Positions 23,991 to 37,138 of a DNA stretch of 64,000 nt are shown here, piece by piece. Below the pieces are notes generated by a model, which saw nothing but the letters and a program-made list of their open reading frames with translations, was not told the origin of the DNA and did no database searches. The stretch's first letter is position 1; each line of letters starts with the position of its first letter. Position numbers and translations under genes: made by a program. The DNA is from Squalus acanthias (Eukaryota), in the NCBI GenBank assembly GCA_030390025.1, contig CM059433.1, positions 16,990,001-17,054,000 on the forward strand, read 5' to 3'.

Positions 23991-26269
23991 GGTGCCAGAG
24001 GGCTGCTGGTGCTGATGGAGCTGTGCCCTAGAATGAATCCCAGCCTTTAGGAAAGAAGAAGAGGAAGAAAAGGAAGTCACATTGCAAGAGAAAAAAAATC
24101 TTCTAGGATTGTAATATATTTAATTCAATTTAAGCTTTGCAAATATTTCCTTAGTTATGTGATTACCCTGAAACTTGGTTAGCACTTCAGCAATGCTTGA
24201 TGTAATGAGACTGGCTTAGTTTCGAGACATACAGAGCCGATCATGTAATTTCCCTTACATTCTAATGGAATGATCACCCATCTGTTCTCTAATACTGACC
24301 AAGCCACATTATAACTGTCATATTTCCCCCCATTTTAATTAAAGCCTATACTGAGGATCACTGTGCTGTGTTGACATCTTAGATCCAACTTATTAAAACC
24401 ATGTAAGTCACACGCTTTGTCATTTATGTACTTTCTTTCACCATGCACTGAAATAAGCTGTTATACTTGGGGAGAGAACACAATGAACCATTTGATGCAA
24501 TGTTTTTTTTTCCCCTTACAGATTACATTTAAGCCATTAAAGCATCATACAGTGTACAAAGATCTTAGAGTTACTATTTTTCAGTTTATACAGACAAGTT
24601 TTGTAATAAAGAAGTCCATGCACTTTGGTTTAGTAAAAGGGCAAATTAGATATGATGTTCAATATAATAATAAAATCACAATGTGTAAGTGATTCTTTTG
24701 GTTTGGGACCCAGCGCCTGCATGGAAAGCTTTGATATGAATGCAGCTGCAATCAGCAAGCCAACAAAAGATTCTCCTGATTGACCACTATTTTCTGTAAG
24801 ATACTTTTATCTTGTTTCTATTTGTGGAAAAAGGCTGGCGCTGAGTCACCATGAGCTAACCGTGCAGGTGAAGAGCCTGTCAGTGATGAATAACCATGGG
24901 GATGTGACATCACCTCATATATAAAATTAGATCTCTGTAAACTTCACACATCTAAGTCCCAGAACTTGCGAACCAAATATCCAGCCTGGGTTTCTGCTCC
25001 TGACCACAATCCAATGGAAAGTGATTACGGCCGAGATGATCCGGTCTCACCCAACACCTGCACGTGTATCTTACAGTAGCGGTCACTGACGATAATTAGG
25101 GACAGGGACAGTCGGGTGATTTTTAACCCTCCCTAACCCAAGGGTGCTGAGGCCACTTGTAGTGCCATACCACCAACCCAGCTGAGATCAGTTAACTCAG
25201 TATAGACCAGCAATCAAACCCGAGAACTTCTTAACCAACTTATTTTTTGTTACAGGAAAGGTGACAGAAAATAATGAAAGTTTTAGATAAAGTTGAAGCA
25301 AGCAAACTGTTTAAAATGATGACACAAGTACAAATTTCACAAGTCTCGGCAAGGTTAAGGATTAGCATAAGTTTTTTCCCCTCACAGGATAGTGGACATG
25401 TGGAACAGACTCCTGAAGAAGGTACCAGAGAAGTTGATTTGGGCTCAATTGAGAGCGGTAAAAGATAGTTGGTGCAACATCTGTTGAGAAGGGTTAGGTA
25501 TTAGGTGAGGGTTATGTATTAATAGCACTACTTGTTTTCATTTCAGGGGCGGTAAGAGAAGGAACTAAAGCCCCAATTTTCAAGGGCTCCATCCATGGTA
25601 TAGAGCCTTGCTTGAGGCAGGTATGGTTCAGAAAATCAGAACATGTGATTAGCTTATTACATTTTGCTCCATGGACTAATTGGCTTTGCTTGGTGGTCCT
25701 CCATTTTTGTATTTTTGTCTTTTCCTATCAATAGTTGGCTTCATTATTGTTGTTTTCTGCTGGCTTTGAAATCTCATTACATAAAGAGTAGGGTATTCCT
25801 TTAGGGGTCCTGAGTGTGCTGAATAATTGAAGCAAGGAAGAGGATTTTGTGAGGGGCCAACAGATGCAGATGCAGCAATACCAGAGGCATTTTAGCCACA
25901 CCCTGTGTTTATATACCCCTCCACTCATACTGTAACACATCAGATGAAATCTGTCTTCACCAACTCCTCTTTGCAAAACAGGCTATGGCAGAGTTGAATT
26001 ATCTACTGCAAGATGACCTGCAAAAGACATCTGGAACAAGGATAGCTCTTCCCTTAGAAGTGAAGGTTACCAAAAAATGAAGCCTTAATGTTATTGAATC
26101 CTTCCAAGCTATTCGAGGGACATCAGTCTGCAGTGCAGACTTGTGCCTAGCAAGTAACAAACACTGGGGCCAAGGGGCAACACCTTCATCACTTTTCCTG
26201 TGGAAAGGAGGCACCTACTGAACAGGGCACAGAGCTTTCACCAGGTGATAGGGTTCCATCGGATACAAA

Positions 26270-27038
26270 GGGCTGGATTTTGCCAATGGGGAGCTTTTGG
26301 AGGCGGGACTCCCACTTGTCGGGTTTTAGGCTCGCCTCCATTGATTTCTGGCCAACCCACGTTATTTTCCCTTGATTGACCTTGTTAAGCCCGCCCAGCG
26401 GGCAGCCGGTTACAGAGAACGTCAGCGTATGACGTTTCATCTGTCAAAAATTTTTGACAGATGAATTGTTATCGTTTGACAGCTCTGTGAAGCTGTCAAA
26501 CACTGACATTGTCTGTTGTTTTATGAGTTCTTGTATTCAAGACTCATCAAACCTCTTTTGTGAGCAGAAATTAGATGGTTGTTGCATTGGAGAATGCAGC
26601 AGCCATCTGTCATCTCTGCCAGTGAGATGCGAGACTCTCCGCATCCCCAACGTTTGAAGCCTGCAGGAAGAAACAAAGGTAAGTAAACATTTTCTATCAC
26701 TTTCCACTTACCTCAGATACTCACCTCTCCACACTTGCACCCATCACTTACCTTCACAGCGCACTTTTGCACCTCTCCGACCCCCGCAGACCCACTGCTC
26801 GCCTCGCTGACCCTGGCGGGGTTCACAGCCTTCGGGAAGCCCGCACTTGTGTGGATAAAATGGGGACAATCCTCTTATCTGCCTGTTAACTACAGGAGAC
26901 GGGACCCGGCGCGGGTCGGCTACCCGCCTCCCGGGAAGATGGCACGGAGGCGGGATGGGCACCCGCCCCCAGATTCTGCCATTTTCCCAGCAGTCCCGCC
27001 TCCAAACCCGCCTCCCCAGGGCTGGCAAGATCGCGCCC
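26270..27038. mobile_element. Non-autonomous Harbinger-type element
   Basis: TIR GGGCTGGATTTTGCCA / TGGCAAGATCGCGCCC; colinear with 36310-37138; TSD not preserved. Confidence 0.8.
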
Positions 27039-27094
27039 TTGTGTCAAAGCTGTGAGCATCAGGGCTCCTCACATCAACCCTATGGCCTACATGA

Positions 27095-27248
27095 ACATGA
27101 AGGGGTTGTAATCAATTATTGTACAGTGTTATCCGACCACAGAAACATCATCATGTGTGCTCATACACATTATCCAGGAAGCAGCCATGATGCCTTCATT
27201 ATGCAGCAGGCCACAATGTCCACACTATTTGAAGGAGCAGAAACATGA
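27095..27248 (+). pseudogene. Harbinger transposase fragment
   Basis: SDHRNIIMCAHTHYPGSSHDAFIMQQ matches the PGSxHD motif region. Confidence 0.65.
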
Positions 27249-27811
27249 CAAGCTCCAATCTTTCTAGATTTTCCTCTCCCCAACCAAGTGCATTGTAGGC
27301 TAAAGTTTCTAGACAAGCTCTTCATGCACCAGTAGCCTCTTCAAAAATGGAGGAAGGGAATCCTTTTGGAAATTTAGACATGCCCTGATCCCTGAGCTGC
27401 TGACACAGGCCAGTCTGCATCTTGAGCCTGCTCAAGTCTACTTTGCCAGATTAAAAAAAAAAATCAGGGGAACTTTTCCTTAATTAAAGGATCAATAGTT
27501 TGTGGTAATGTTGGAGCGAAAGTGGGGGGCGGGGGAAATCCATGATAGAATACGTGGATTTTATATGGAGAGTGCTTGATCGACCAGATTGCCTTTTCTT
27601 GCTCTGGACCTGTTAGTATTTTTATGGATAGCTCAGTACATTACAGATCTCATGACACCATTTCATGAACACAGGGAGCTCTCCCAGTTTCTGACCAACA
27701 TTATGACCACAACCGAGACCAAATATTAACCAATTAACTGGTCATTCATCTAATTGCTGTTTCTGGCACATTAGTGGCACAAAATGCGTTTATGCTGGCT
27801 TGTCCCTTTAA

Positions 27812-28665
27812 GATGCGGAGATGCCGGTGTTGGACTGGGGTGGACAAAATTGAGAGGTCGCACAACACCAGGTTATAGTCCAACAGTTTTATTTGAAATC
27901 ACAAGCTTTCGGAGCTATCGATTGCTCCTTCCTCAGGTGAAGTAAATTAGATACAGAATCGCCAAAGCATATATAGATAGAGAACAAAGCATGTGTACCT
28001 TACAGTTGCAGACCACTAAATTAAATCATCCTGACTATCTGCCGAGGTGTGATAAAGGTACCACATCAAAGACATAGCAAGATACAACTGAGACAATGAG
28101 GTGTAGTCGCAGGGGTTCTAACGTGTCAAAAGCTGCCGTCTGTATGTAAAACGAAAAGCTTTAAAATTTTTACTTTTTTACTGGGAAAATTTTTACTTTT
28201 TTACTGGGAATCACATCTGTGAACAAGCCAACGACGACTCGAGTCCGGATCACGTCATGTATCGTGACATAAACCCAAGATCCCGGTTGAGACCGTCTTC
28301 ATGAGTGCGGAACTTGGCTATCAGTTTCTGCTCGATGATTTTGCGTTGTCGTGTGTTTCCAAGGTTGCCTTGGAGAACGCTTACCCGCAGATCCGAGGCT
28401 GAATGTCCTTGACTGCTGAAGTGTTCCCTGACTGGGAGGTAACAATCCTGCCTGGCGATTGTTGCGCGGTGCTCGTTCATACGTTGTCTCAGTGTCTGCA
28501 ATTGTAAGGTACACATGCTTTGTTCTCTATCTATATATGCTTTGGCGATTCTGTATCTAATTTACTTCACCTGAGGAAGGAGCAATCGATAGCTCCGAAA
28601 GCTTGTGATTTCAAATAAAACTGTTGGACTATAACCTGGTGTTGTGCGACCTCTCAATTTTGTCC
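27812..28665 (-). mobile_element. 5'-truncated Penelope family A element with an inverted terminal repeat
   Basis: GIY-YIG C-terminus (TLRQRMNEHR..PVREHFSSQGHSASDL..EQKLIAKFRTHEDGLNRD) at 28250-28495. About 170-bp inverted repeats at 27842-28012 and 28494-28665. TSD TTGTCCCTTTAAG at 27800-27812 and 28660-28672. Hammerheads at 27899-27940 (-) and 28567-28608 (+). Confidence 0.92.
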
Positions 28666-28782
28666 CTTTAAGGCCATCATTGTCCAGATACAAGTCGTGG
28701 GATTGTGATGAGCGCAGCCAAAACACCTCAGGACGTCATTGTACCTCTCGCAAATTCCTCTTCCTCGTCTCAATTAGACAAT

Positions 28783-29495
28783 GGGCTGGATTTTGTCTTG
28801 GGGTCGGGTTGGGGTCGTGTTACCCGCATTTCATGTTATCCACCCGCCTGAAATTGGATGTGGGAGATTGATGGAATTTTCACTTAATTGGGCAATTGAG
28901 TTCCAGCATGTGGGAACCCATGAACCAATTAGTGGTTTCAGTCTGAAAGTCGCTTCTGATGATGTCATCATTGCAGGTCAGAGACTGCCTGGCTTTTGCT
29001 GTGAGTGGACCTGGATGCAAAATGAGGAGAGAGAGAGAGAGAGAATTTTTTTTTTTAACCAAGTCCTCCCAGGCAGTCTCTGAAGACATTCAATGCAGCA
29101 GCATCAGAGGCGACTTTCAGACCTAATACTACTACTACCTTCATCACATCTCTGTTGTAATAGTGGACCTGCAGCTGAGAGTCAACTATCCACTTGTGCT
29201 CCCGCCAGGTTTCACTAGCGTGTTTCACATCAGGCGTACTTCACATCGGAAAAGGGTTAAACTAGCTAAAACGTTTCAAAATGGCATTACAGAGCCAATT
29301 TAGGGCTTGTTAAGGGCTTTAATGGCCTCTCCCGCCTCTTGGAGGCGGGACGGAGTCGGGAACCCCGCGACCGATTTTGTCAAAATTGCGTGGAGGCGTG
29401 TTGGAGTCGGGATGGGGTCAGGACCCCCGAATCTGCAACTTTAACCCCCCACATGCCTCCAAACCCAACTCCACGGGTCATTGAAAATCCAGCCC
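28783..29495. mobile_element. Non-autonomous Harbinger-type element
   Basis: TIRs GGGCTGGATTTT / AAAATCCAGCCC; TSD AAT. Confidence 0.85.
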
Positions 29496-32400
29496 AATGT
29501 GTTTGGATCCCCTAGAGGAATGGCCACCCTCACCTCTTCGAATGGTGCAATTTGATCACCTGCAGCAACCAAGAATAATGAAGAAAAATGTTAGCGGGGA
29601 GAAAGAAACGTCAAAAATCCAATAATGGAGGACTACCCAGCAAAGCCAACTAATGCAGGGAGCAACATGCAACAAGAGAGAAATAAGAATGTGGTAAGTT
29701 ATTCTTTAACCAGAATCAAAACCAGGAGCAGGAATAGGCCACTTGGCTCGAGGGGCCAAGTGGCCTATTCCTGCTCCTATTTCTTATGTTCTTAAAAACA
29801 TATCTTCTGATTTCATGAAACCTATTTGAACTGGTCAGGTCCTGGGTCTCCCACAGGCCTACTTTTTAAATGGATGAGTTTGGCATGGGAGCTTAATTCG
29901 TTCACTTACGTGCAACCACCTGCCAGTTCCACGGCCTCTATAAATTGCCCCAAAATGTTGGATATTTGGGCTGGCAGTGAATCGATACACAATTCACTTT
30001 ATCTTATGCTTTATCCTTCATGCATAGAAGATACAATTTTACAACCATTGCATGCAACATCCTGCTAATTCACAGATCCTCTTAAAATCAGGGCTTATAA
30101 GTGACAATTTTAAAACAGAGCATCACACATATATAACAAGTGAAGAGGACAGTACAAATCTGTTCTCGACAGCTTAAAGCTTAAATTATCCGAAATGATG
30201 GAGTGTAATGAACAACTCAATGTACAAAGAAACATTTTAGAGCAATAATATATAGCTCATCACCACTAATCACGTCACTAAACGTTTGTCTGAGCAGCTT
30301 ACCATTTCGTGTAATGGCAGTTATACTACATAGTAATGTGTAATTTTGCAGTAAATAGAATTTAATGTTCCATGAGTATTTGTGAGCAGTGCTAACATTT
30401 ACATCACTATATAAATAATGCTGTCTGTAGCACTGAAAGACAGTGGGTTCCTTTCAGTGTCATTTGGCAAAAAAGCTTTTTAAAGGCCAGGGCAACAAGC
30501 AACATCAAAAAATGAATTCTGTGCGTTCTTTCATGGTGCCATTCCACCCCCTCCCCTTCCAATGGGGCTGTGTTTGCACCTAGAAATTGGAATTGGTTTC
30601 CATATTGGAATGTGTTTCTAATACTCTTTACATTAAGTGGTTCAGTAATATGTGCCATTTTGTTTTCTGTTGTGTCGAGTCTGCCCCTTTAATGTTGTGG
30701 GGCAGATTTGGCAGCAATAGGAAACTGATGATAGGAAAAGTCCATAAAGACCAGCACTGGCAAAAGCCAATAGCCAAATCCCAAAACTGGCATCCCAATT
30801 CCAAAATACTGTTGGCGTGGGCTGTTCATATTTGTATTAGAGGCAGTTCAGATTCTAGGAGAGCGTTGTTTATATTGCAGGGTTTCCTCTGATGATGTCC
30901 TTAACGTCTAAGGTGCTGGAATCTAGAGGCAATTACTTCTTCTGCAGTTTTCACCTTTACCTCCTGAAGTTGCTGACGCTTGATCAGAAATACTTCAACG
31001 AGTGCAGCCAGCCCTTCTGTACCTTGTCCTATTAGCCGTTGTTCATGCCATTGCCCAATGTTGGTGAGGTAATCTTTAGAACCTGAACTGCTGCCCTGGC
31101 TATGATCAGCTAACTCAGTACAGATCAAGGTTTGAACTTGGGCTCTTCCTGGTTTGTATAGCTTAGAGCCACACAAGATAGTGCATTTACCCATTAAACC
31201 GTTGGAGATATACCTGCCAGTGAAATCATGTCAGTAAACTAATTCCAAACATGAAATAATTGGGATGATCCACGATCCCACGATCCCACTCTCCCAGAGA
31301 GGAAGCCGTTCTCGCAGGAAGTGAGGGCCAGAGATAGGGCTGCAACTGTATAGTCCCAATTCTCCGACTAACACTCTTTGTGAATACACTTTCCCACTGG
31401 CTGCGCAGAGCTGTGGAAATCCCCTCTAATAGTAAAAGAGTTTCTTACAGCCTTATCGCTGTTTCTGGAGAAAACCCCTGTGATGAAAATAAATCTCATC
31501 TAGCAAATCTTTTTGCATATCTCATATCTCTCTCATTGCATCTTGAGAATGTACTACAGGACCAGTAAGCTCCTAACTATTTGCTCTCTGGATGTGGGTG
31601 ACTATGGGAAGATAGTACCCAGCCAGAGCGTCACACACCAGGAGTGCCTATTGGAATATTGGGTGCAGAGGATCCCACACCTGTTACGCAGTCCACTGGA
31701 TTTACCATTAAAATACATGGACAGAAATGGTAATGCACTTCTGGAGACTTTGAAAGTTGCCTAAAGAGTTTCACCGACATCTTTGGAGGCAGAGGTGTCC
31801 CTTGCAGCAATATAAACATTGCCATCAGAGGCAGAAGCAGCCACCATTTTGGACTTTCAGTAAACTGACCGGCTCAACTTACCCATTCTAGTAAGTACTT
31901 TTGCTCACTGAAAGTACGTATATTTCCCCAATTTCCCAATTTCTCTCTTTGTACAGTAAGAACCAACTGGTGTTCAAAGCAAGTGCAACATGAACAACCA
32001 GCGAAGTGCCAACTATCAACAACCACATTGAAACATCAGCATGGATATATAGACACGCCACGACAATTAAATAGTCTTGTGGCTGAGGAGGCGCAGGGCA
32101 TTGCTGATGAAAGGGTAGCATTGATAGGGTCAATGAGGGCCTCACAATTAGAGGGTGGAGGTCCCTATACTCACTGTTTCTCTTGAGCTGCCTGGACATA
32201 CATACCCTAATGTGCAGGATTTCCAACAAAAGACTATTAGAACACATGATCCATTTTGAGCAGTCGCTCGCCACTGTGCACATAGCTTTGGAAGGTGATA
32301 TTATTGGGTTGCAAGAATAATTGGCTGAACTGTATTCTGCCGTTGAGCAGGTAGCAACACCAATGAGAACTGCAGCAGCAACCTCAGTAAAATAGACTGG

Positions 32401-32760
32401 ACAAAGAAACAGAAGCATTTCTAATGAATTGACCCACTGCTGCTATGGATGTTTTAGGATCAGGTCAGGTCAGGTCACATCTTGACTCCAGTATTTAGTT
32501 CTGGTCACTGAGGTACAAGAGAAATGTCCGAGCTCTGACAGCAATGCAGAGAAAGGCCGCAAGGTTGATTCATTGTGTTAGATCACTCCAGATACTGCCT
32601 CCAAGACACTTATAGCTATACTGAGCCTTGAAACGACCTCAAAAACTAGAGGCATTATAAAAGCATATAAGATACTTAGTGGAATAGGAAAAAAGTTCAC
32701 CCAGAAAACAATTTCAAGCTAAATCACAAATTGCCAGACAAGGCGATCTAGGTGCAAACA

Positions 32761-33190
32761 CGGGATTTGGCTCAGTGGTAGTACGTTTGCCTCTGAGTGA
32801 GAGGGTTGTAGTTTCAAGCCCAGCTCCAAGATTTGAGCACATAGTCACGGTTGGCACTTCAGTGGATAAAATGCCGCACTGTTGGAGGTGTCAATGAGCC
32901 AAGGTCCCATCAACTTGTTCAGGCAGATGTAATAGATCCCATGGCACAATTCAAAGAAGAGCAGGGAGTTCTCCCGGTATCCTGGCCAATATTCACTCCT
33001 CAACCAACACAATCAAAAACAGACCATCTGATCATTTATATCATTTGCTGTTTGTAGGACTTTGCTGTCCACAAATCGGGTCCTGCATTACAACACTGAC
33101 TACACTTCAATAAGAATTAATCGGCTGTGAAGTGCTTTGGGATGCCCTGAGGATGTGAAAGGTGCGATATAAATGAAAGTTTATTCTTTT
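32761..33190 (+). mobile_element. Near full-length tRNA-headed Deu-type SINE
   Basis: A-box TGGCTCAGTGG and B-box-like GTTTCAAGCCC; central GATCCCATGGCAC..GAAGAGCAGGGAGTTCTCCC block; L2-like tail. Fragments also at about 27650-27790, 35120-35192, 44580-44735 and 60660-60905. Confidence 0.8.
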
Positions 33191-33644
33191 TAAAAGATAA
33201 ATAAAGAGCAGATGTCAAGAAACACTTTTTAACGTAAAGAATGATTGATACTTAAAATGGTCTTTTGGGTATGCTGTGATGGGAAAACCATCCATTTCCA
33301 TGGAAGGATGAGCTAGATGAGTTGAATGGCCTCCCTCATCTTTAATTCACTTTTTGAATTTGTGTTCTGTGCTTAGACAGCGTGAGGATACAATCTCCAC
33401 CAGTGGCATGCCATGGAGAAGCACAGGAGCAACTGGCTGACGCTCATATTAGATGCTGGCCAGTTCTGTGCCACTATAGAGCCCTGCACCAGCAACTCCA
33501 GGTGTTGCCTCTGGCCCCAGTGACTAGGAAAGGAGGCTCTTGGCATGGATGCAGGTGCACCAGGGTTAGTTGCAGAGAAAGGTAGTATCCCATGCAGTTA
33601 GCTATCCACTTTTATTCCCTCAGGTTGGGGACCAATTAGGTGTA

Positions 33645-33871
33645 CTCTTGTTGGCGCACACAAAAACAAATAAACTGTAACTTAACTTAAAACATTAAAT
33701 GAAACTTAACAACTTAAATTAAAATTCTATTCCCGGGCATGATGATGCACTCCAGTCCCACCGGTCGAGGGAAGGCCTCGAGCGTGCCGGCGGACACCGT
33801 GTGCTCCATCTCCAGGGCCACCCGGGCCCGAACGTGGCCGCGGAAGAGAGGCAGGCAGTCGGGCCAAACTA
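33645..33871 (-). mobile_element. 5'-truncated Tx1-like LINE 3' end
   Basis: DCLPLFRGHVRARVALEMEH..GTLEAF..LECII.PGNRILI* resembles a Tx1 ORF2 C-terminus. 14-bp TSD ACCAATTAGGTGTA at 33631-33644 and 33872-33885. A second, shorter 3' end lies at about 34150-34258. Confidence 0.75.
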
Positions 33872-34361
33872 ACCAATTAGGTGTATGGTACAATATACAA
33901 GGCATACAGAGACATTCATGGCTCACAAGGGTAAACACACCAGAAAAATACATTGAATATATACACTACATGCACTAAAACAAATTCACTTTTAATATAT
34001 CTCACAGTCTGTCATTCATTTATTGTGCAGAAAAGAAAGTGTCTGTTTTTCGAAGGTAAAGCTAACAGGACACAGTCAGCACTTGGAAAAACCTAAACAG
34101 GTAAGTAATTAGCCAATCGGAAGTAATAGTGGCCAATTGCAGAGCTCCCTCTTTTAATTGGATTGTTAGCAAATCAACTGTAAATTAATTCAACTTTAAA
34201 TAAAACTTAACAAATTAAGTTAAAATTGCATTGGCCAGGATGATGATGCACTCCAGTCTCTGTATAAGCGTGTCTGTCTGTTTCTATCTATATCCATCCT
34301 GTATCTACCTGGTTTTCCTAAATCTCACCGACTCAACTGTCTGTCACTGGTCAACCATATT

Positions 34362-35116
34362 GGGCCAAAAATTCGGCCCTTGCCGGGTGAGTACGCACTG
34401 TGTACTCACCCGTAATGCGTCCCGAAGTGCCGGTTTCCTGCATGCACTGCGCATGCGCGGGAAACCGGAACTTCCGGTCTGGTGAAGGGGGCGGTTCCTA
34501 GGTGAACCGCGTGCGCGGTAGAGGCTGCGCGCACGCAGCAAACTTAGATTTTTTTTCAGGTTTCTACGGGAGGGTAAGTAGTGAAGAACCTGCGCTTATA
34601 AAAAGGAGGTGCAGGACCCGTTTTCAACAAGGTAAGTGGTTAATTAAGTATAATTTAAAAAAAAAATTCAACAGGTTTATCTTTTTTAGATACTTTAAAG
34701 AAAGGTAAGTTTATTTTTATCACTTTTAAAAAGTATTTTAATTTTTTCAAAAATTTAAATTTTTGTTTAAAGTGGTTAATTTATTTAACTATACTTATTT
34801 TATAAATGTGATGGTTTTTTAAAAAATTTATCTGTTCTTTTGGAGCCGATTTCAATTCACAGATTTGACAGTTCTTCCTGTCAAATCTATGAATGAAAGA
34901 TGGTCTGCTGCCATTGGCTCTCCATGGCCCACGTGATCCCAGGGGACGCATCGCACTAACTGCGCCCCTGGGACACGCAAGCACTGCGCGCCGGCTCTTG
35001 GAGCAGGCCCAGGAGCTGAAGTTCCCGTGGGCCCAAAACACAACGGCAGGCGCAGTAGGTAAGTGCGCGTGCGATCCTTACCCCCGCGGCAAGCCGTAGA
35101 GGCGAATTTCAGGACC
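34362..35116. mobile_element. Non-autonomous Harbinger-type element
   Basis: Imperfect TIRs GGGCCAAAAATTCG / CGAATTTCAGGACC; TSD ATT; related (inverted) to 46796-47460. Confidence 0.75.
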
Positions 35117-36309
35117 ATTGTCAAGTGGGACTTGAACCCACGACCTTCTGGCTTAGAGGCAAGGTTGCTACCCACTGAGCCACAGCTGACACTCCAATTG
35201 CAGAGCTCACTGGAAGAACTGAGCAGTGAGACCCTCACCTTATCTATCATGGCTTACAGCTGCTCCTCATTCAAGTCCAAGGTAAGGCATCTGCCCACGG
35301 CAATATTGTTCAGCTTAACTGCTATAATTTAGCAGACAATTTCTAAGTAGGCTTTCTAACTCGTTCAAAAATCTGAAGCATTGCTTTAGTCTGGTCAGTG
35401 AGGGCATAGTTTAATGGTTCTCTGCTGGACGACGTGGATTGTGCAGAGCTGTCATCAGGCATGAGTGCAGTAGAGTAGTTCTCAGAACTTATTAACAAGT
35501 ATCTTGATAATTAAATGCTTCTTAAACTATTCTGCTATCACATTACATAATTTAAAGAATTAGTCACTGTTTCCTAAACTAGCAGATTTTGTTTTACTTT
35601 TCCCATTTGATTTCCCATTCTGCACTACTGAAGGTGTAGTCTCATTGTTTATATGGGTAGCCTAATAACATCAGATGATTGAAGTAACAAAGAAGTTAAA
35701 GATGGCAATTTGAAAAGAGCTGTTAATAAAATGAAAGAGCTTCTGTGCAACTGTAAACTGAAGCTGGCAACAAAGAAGTAGAATGTGTAAGTTATATGTG
35801 AGGTTATCATAACTATACAGATATGAAAAATGGAACTTGAATGACAAAATAGGAAGAATACTGGAGTGTTTGGTTCATAGTGCCATGGACATATGCTGAA
35901 CATTAGTTGAACAAGAATAACCAATGACAGCATTTTCGTGCTCGTGTAAGAGAAATGATTATGAAAAATGGCTTCCATTGAGCGCATTATTCTGGAGTCA
36001 CAAAGAAATTTGTTGAAGTTCTTTCCGTCTGGATAAATTGATGGGAATAAATCAAAAGGCAGGTGAAGAAGAAGCTGGCCAGATGATGTGATGGAATGGG
36101 CAGGTGTAACATCAGATGCTGATACAATTCACTGTATAGACAGAAAGCATGAAGTGCATTGGTTGCCAGCTTCCAAAGTGGAAAAGGTACAGAGAGGGAG
36201 GAGGTGAGAGGGAGAGTCATTAACACAAGAAAACTACTCAACTGGAAGTTATAAAATGTAACTTTTAACTCACTCGTGGCCAGTGTGTAGTGCAATGTCC
36301 AATGACTAT

Positions 36310-37138
36310 GGGCTGGATTTTCTCAATGGGAAGCTTTTGGAGGCGGGACTGCTGCTTGCCGGGTTTCAATCCCACCTCCATCAGCTTCTGGCCAACCAGC
36401 GGGATTTTCCCCTGATTGACCTTGTTAAGCCCGCCCAGCGGGCTCAGCAGGCCAATTAGGGGTAAGTCAGTGACAGAGCACATCAACGTCTGACGTGCCA
36501 ACTGTCAAGAACTTTTGAAAGAAGAAATGTCATTGTTTGACAGCTCTGTGAAGCTGTCAAACACTGACATTCTGTGTAGTTTGATGAGGCTTTGTGTTCA
36601 GGACTCATCAAACCTTTCAACTTTGCAGAAATCACCTGGCTGTTGGTTCGGAGGATCCAACAGCCAGTCTGTGATATCTACAATGGAGATGTGGGGACTC
36701 CGGCTCCACAGTGGCTGAAGGCTGTAGGCAGAAACAAAGGTAAGTGAACATTTTCTAACACTTTACACTCACCTTACATACTTACCACTCCACATTTGCA
36801 CCCATCACTCTACATCGTACTTTCAGACCCCTCCGACCCCTGTAGACCTGCTACTCATCTCCTACACCCTGGCGGGGTTCCCCAAGGTCGAGAAGCCCGC
36901 ACTTCGGAACGAAAAATGGGGATAATCCTATTTTCTGCCTGTTAACTACCTGTTAACAGGCAGTTAATAGGCTTTAATCCCTTCCCGCCTCGAGGAGACG
37001 GGGCCCGGGACAGGACAGCTTCCCGCCTCCTGGCAAGAGGGCACGGAGGTGGGTTGGGCCACCCGCCTCCAAATTCTGCAACTTTACTGGCAGTCCCGCC
37101 TCCATACCCGCCTCCTCGGGGCTGACAAAATCCAGCCC
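36310..37138. mobile_element. Non-autonomous Harbinger-type element
   Basis: TIRs GGGCTGGATTTT / AAAATCCAGCCC; TSD TAT. Confidence 0.87.

Noticed and set aside
35120..35192. tRNA-like sequence (also 32761-32830)
   Set aside because: A and B boxes are present but there is no complete cloverleaf; these are SINE heads.
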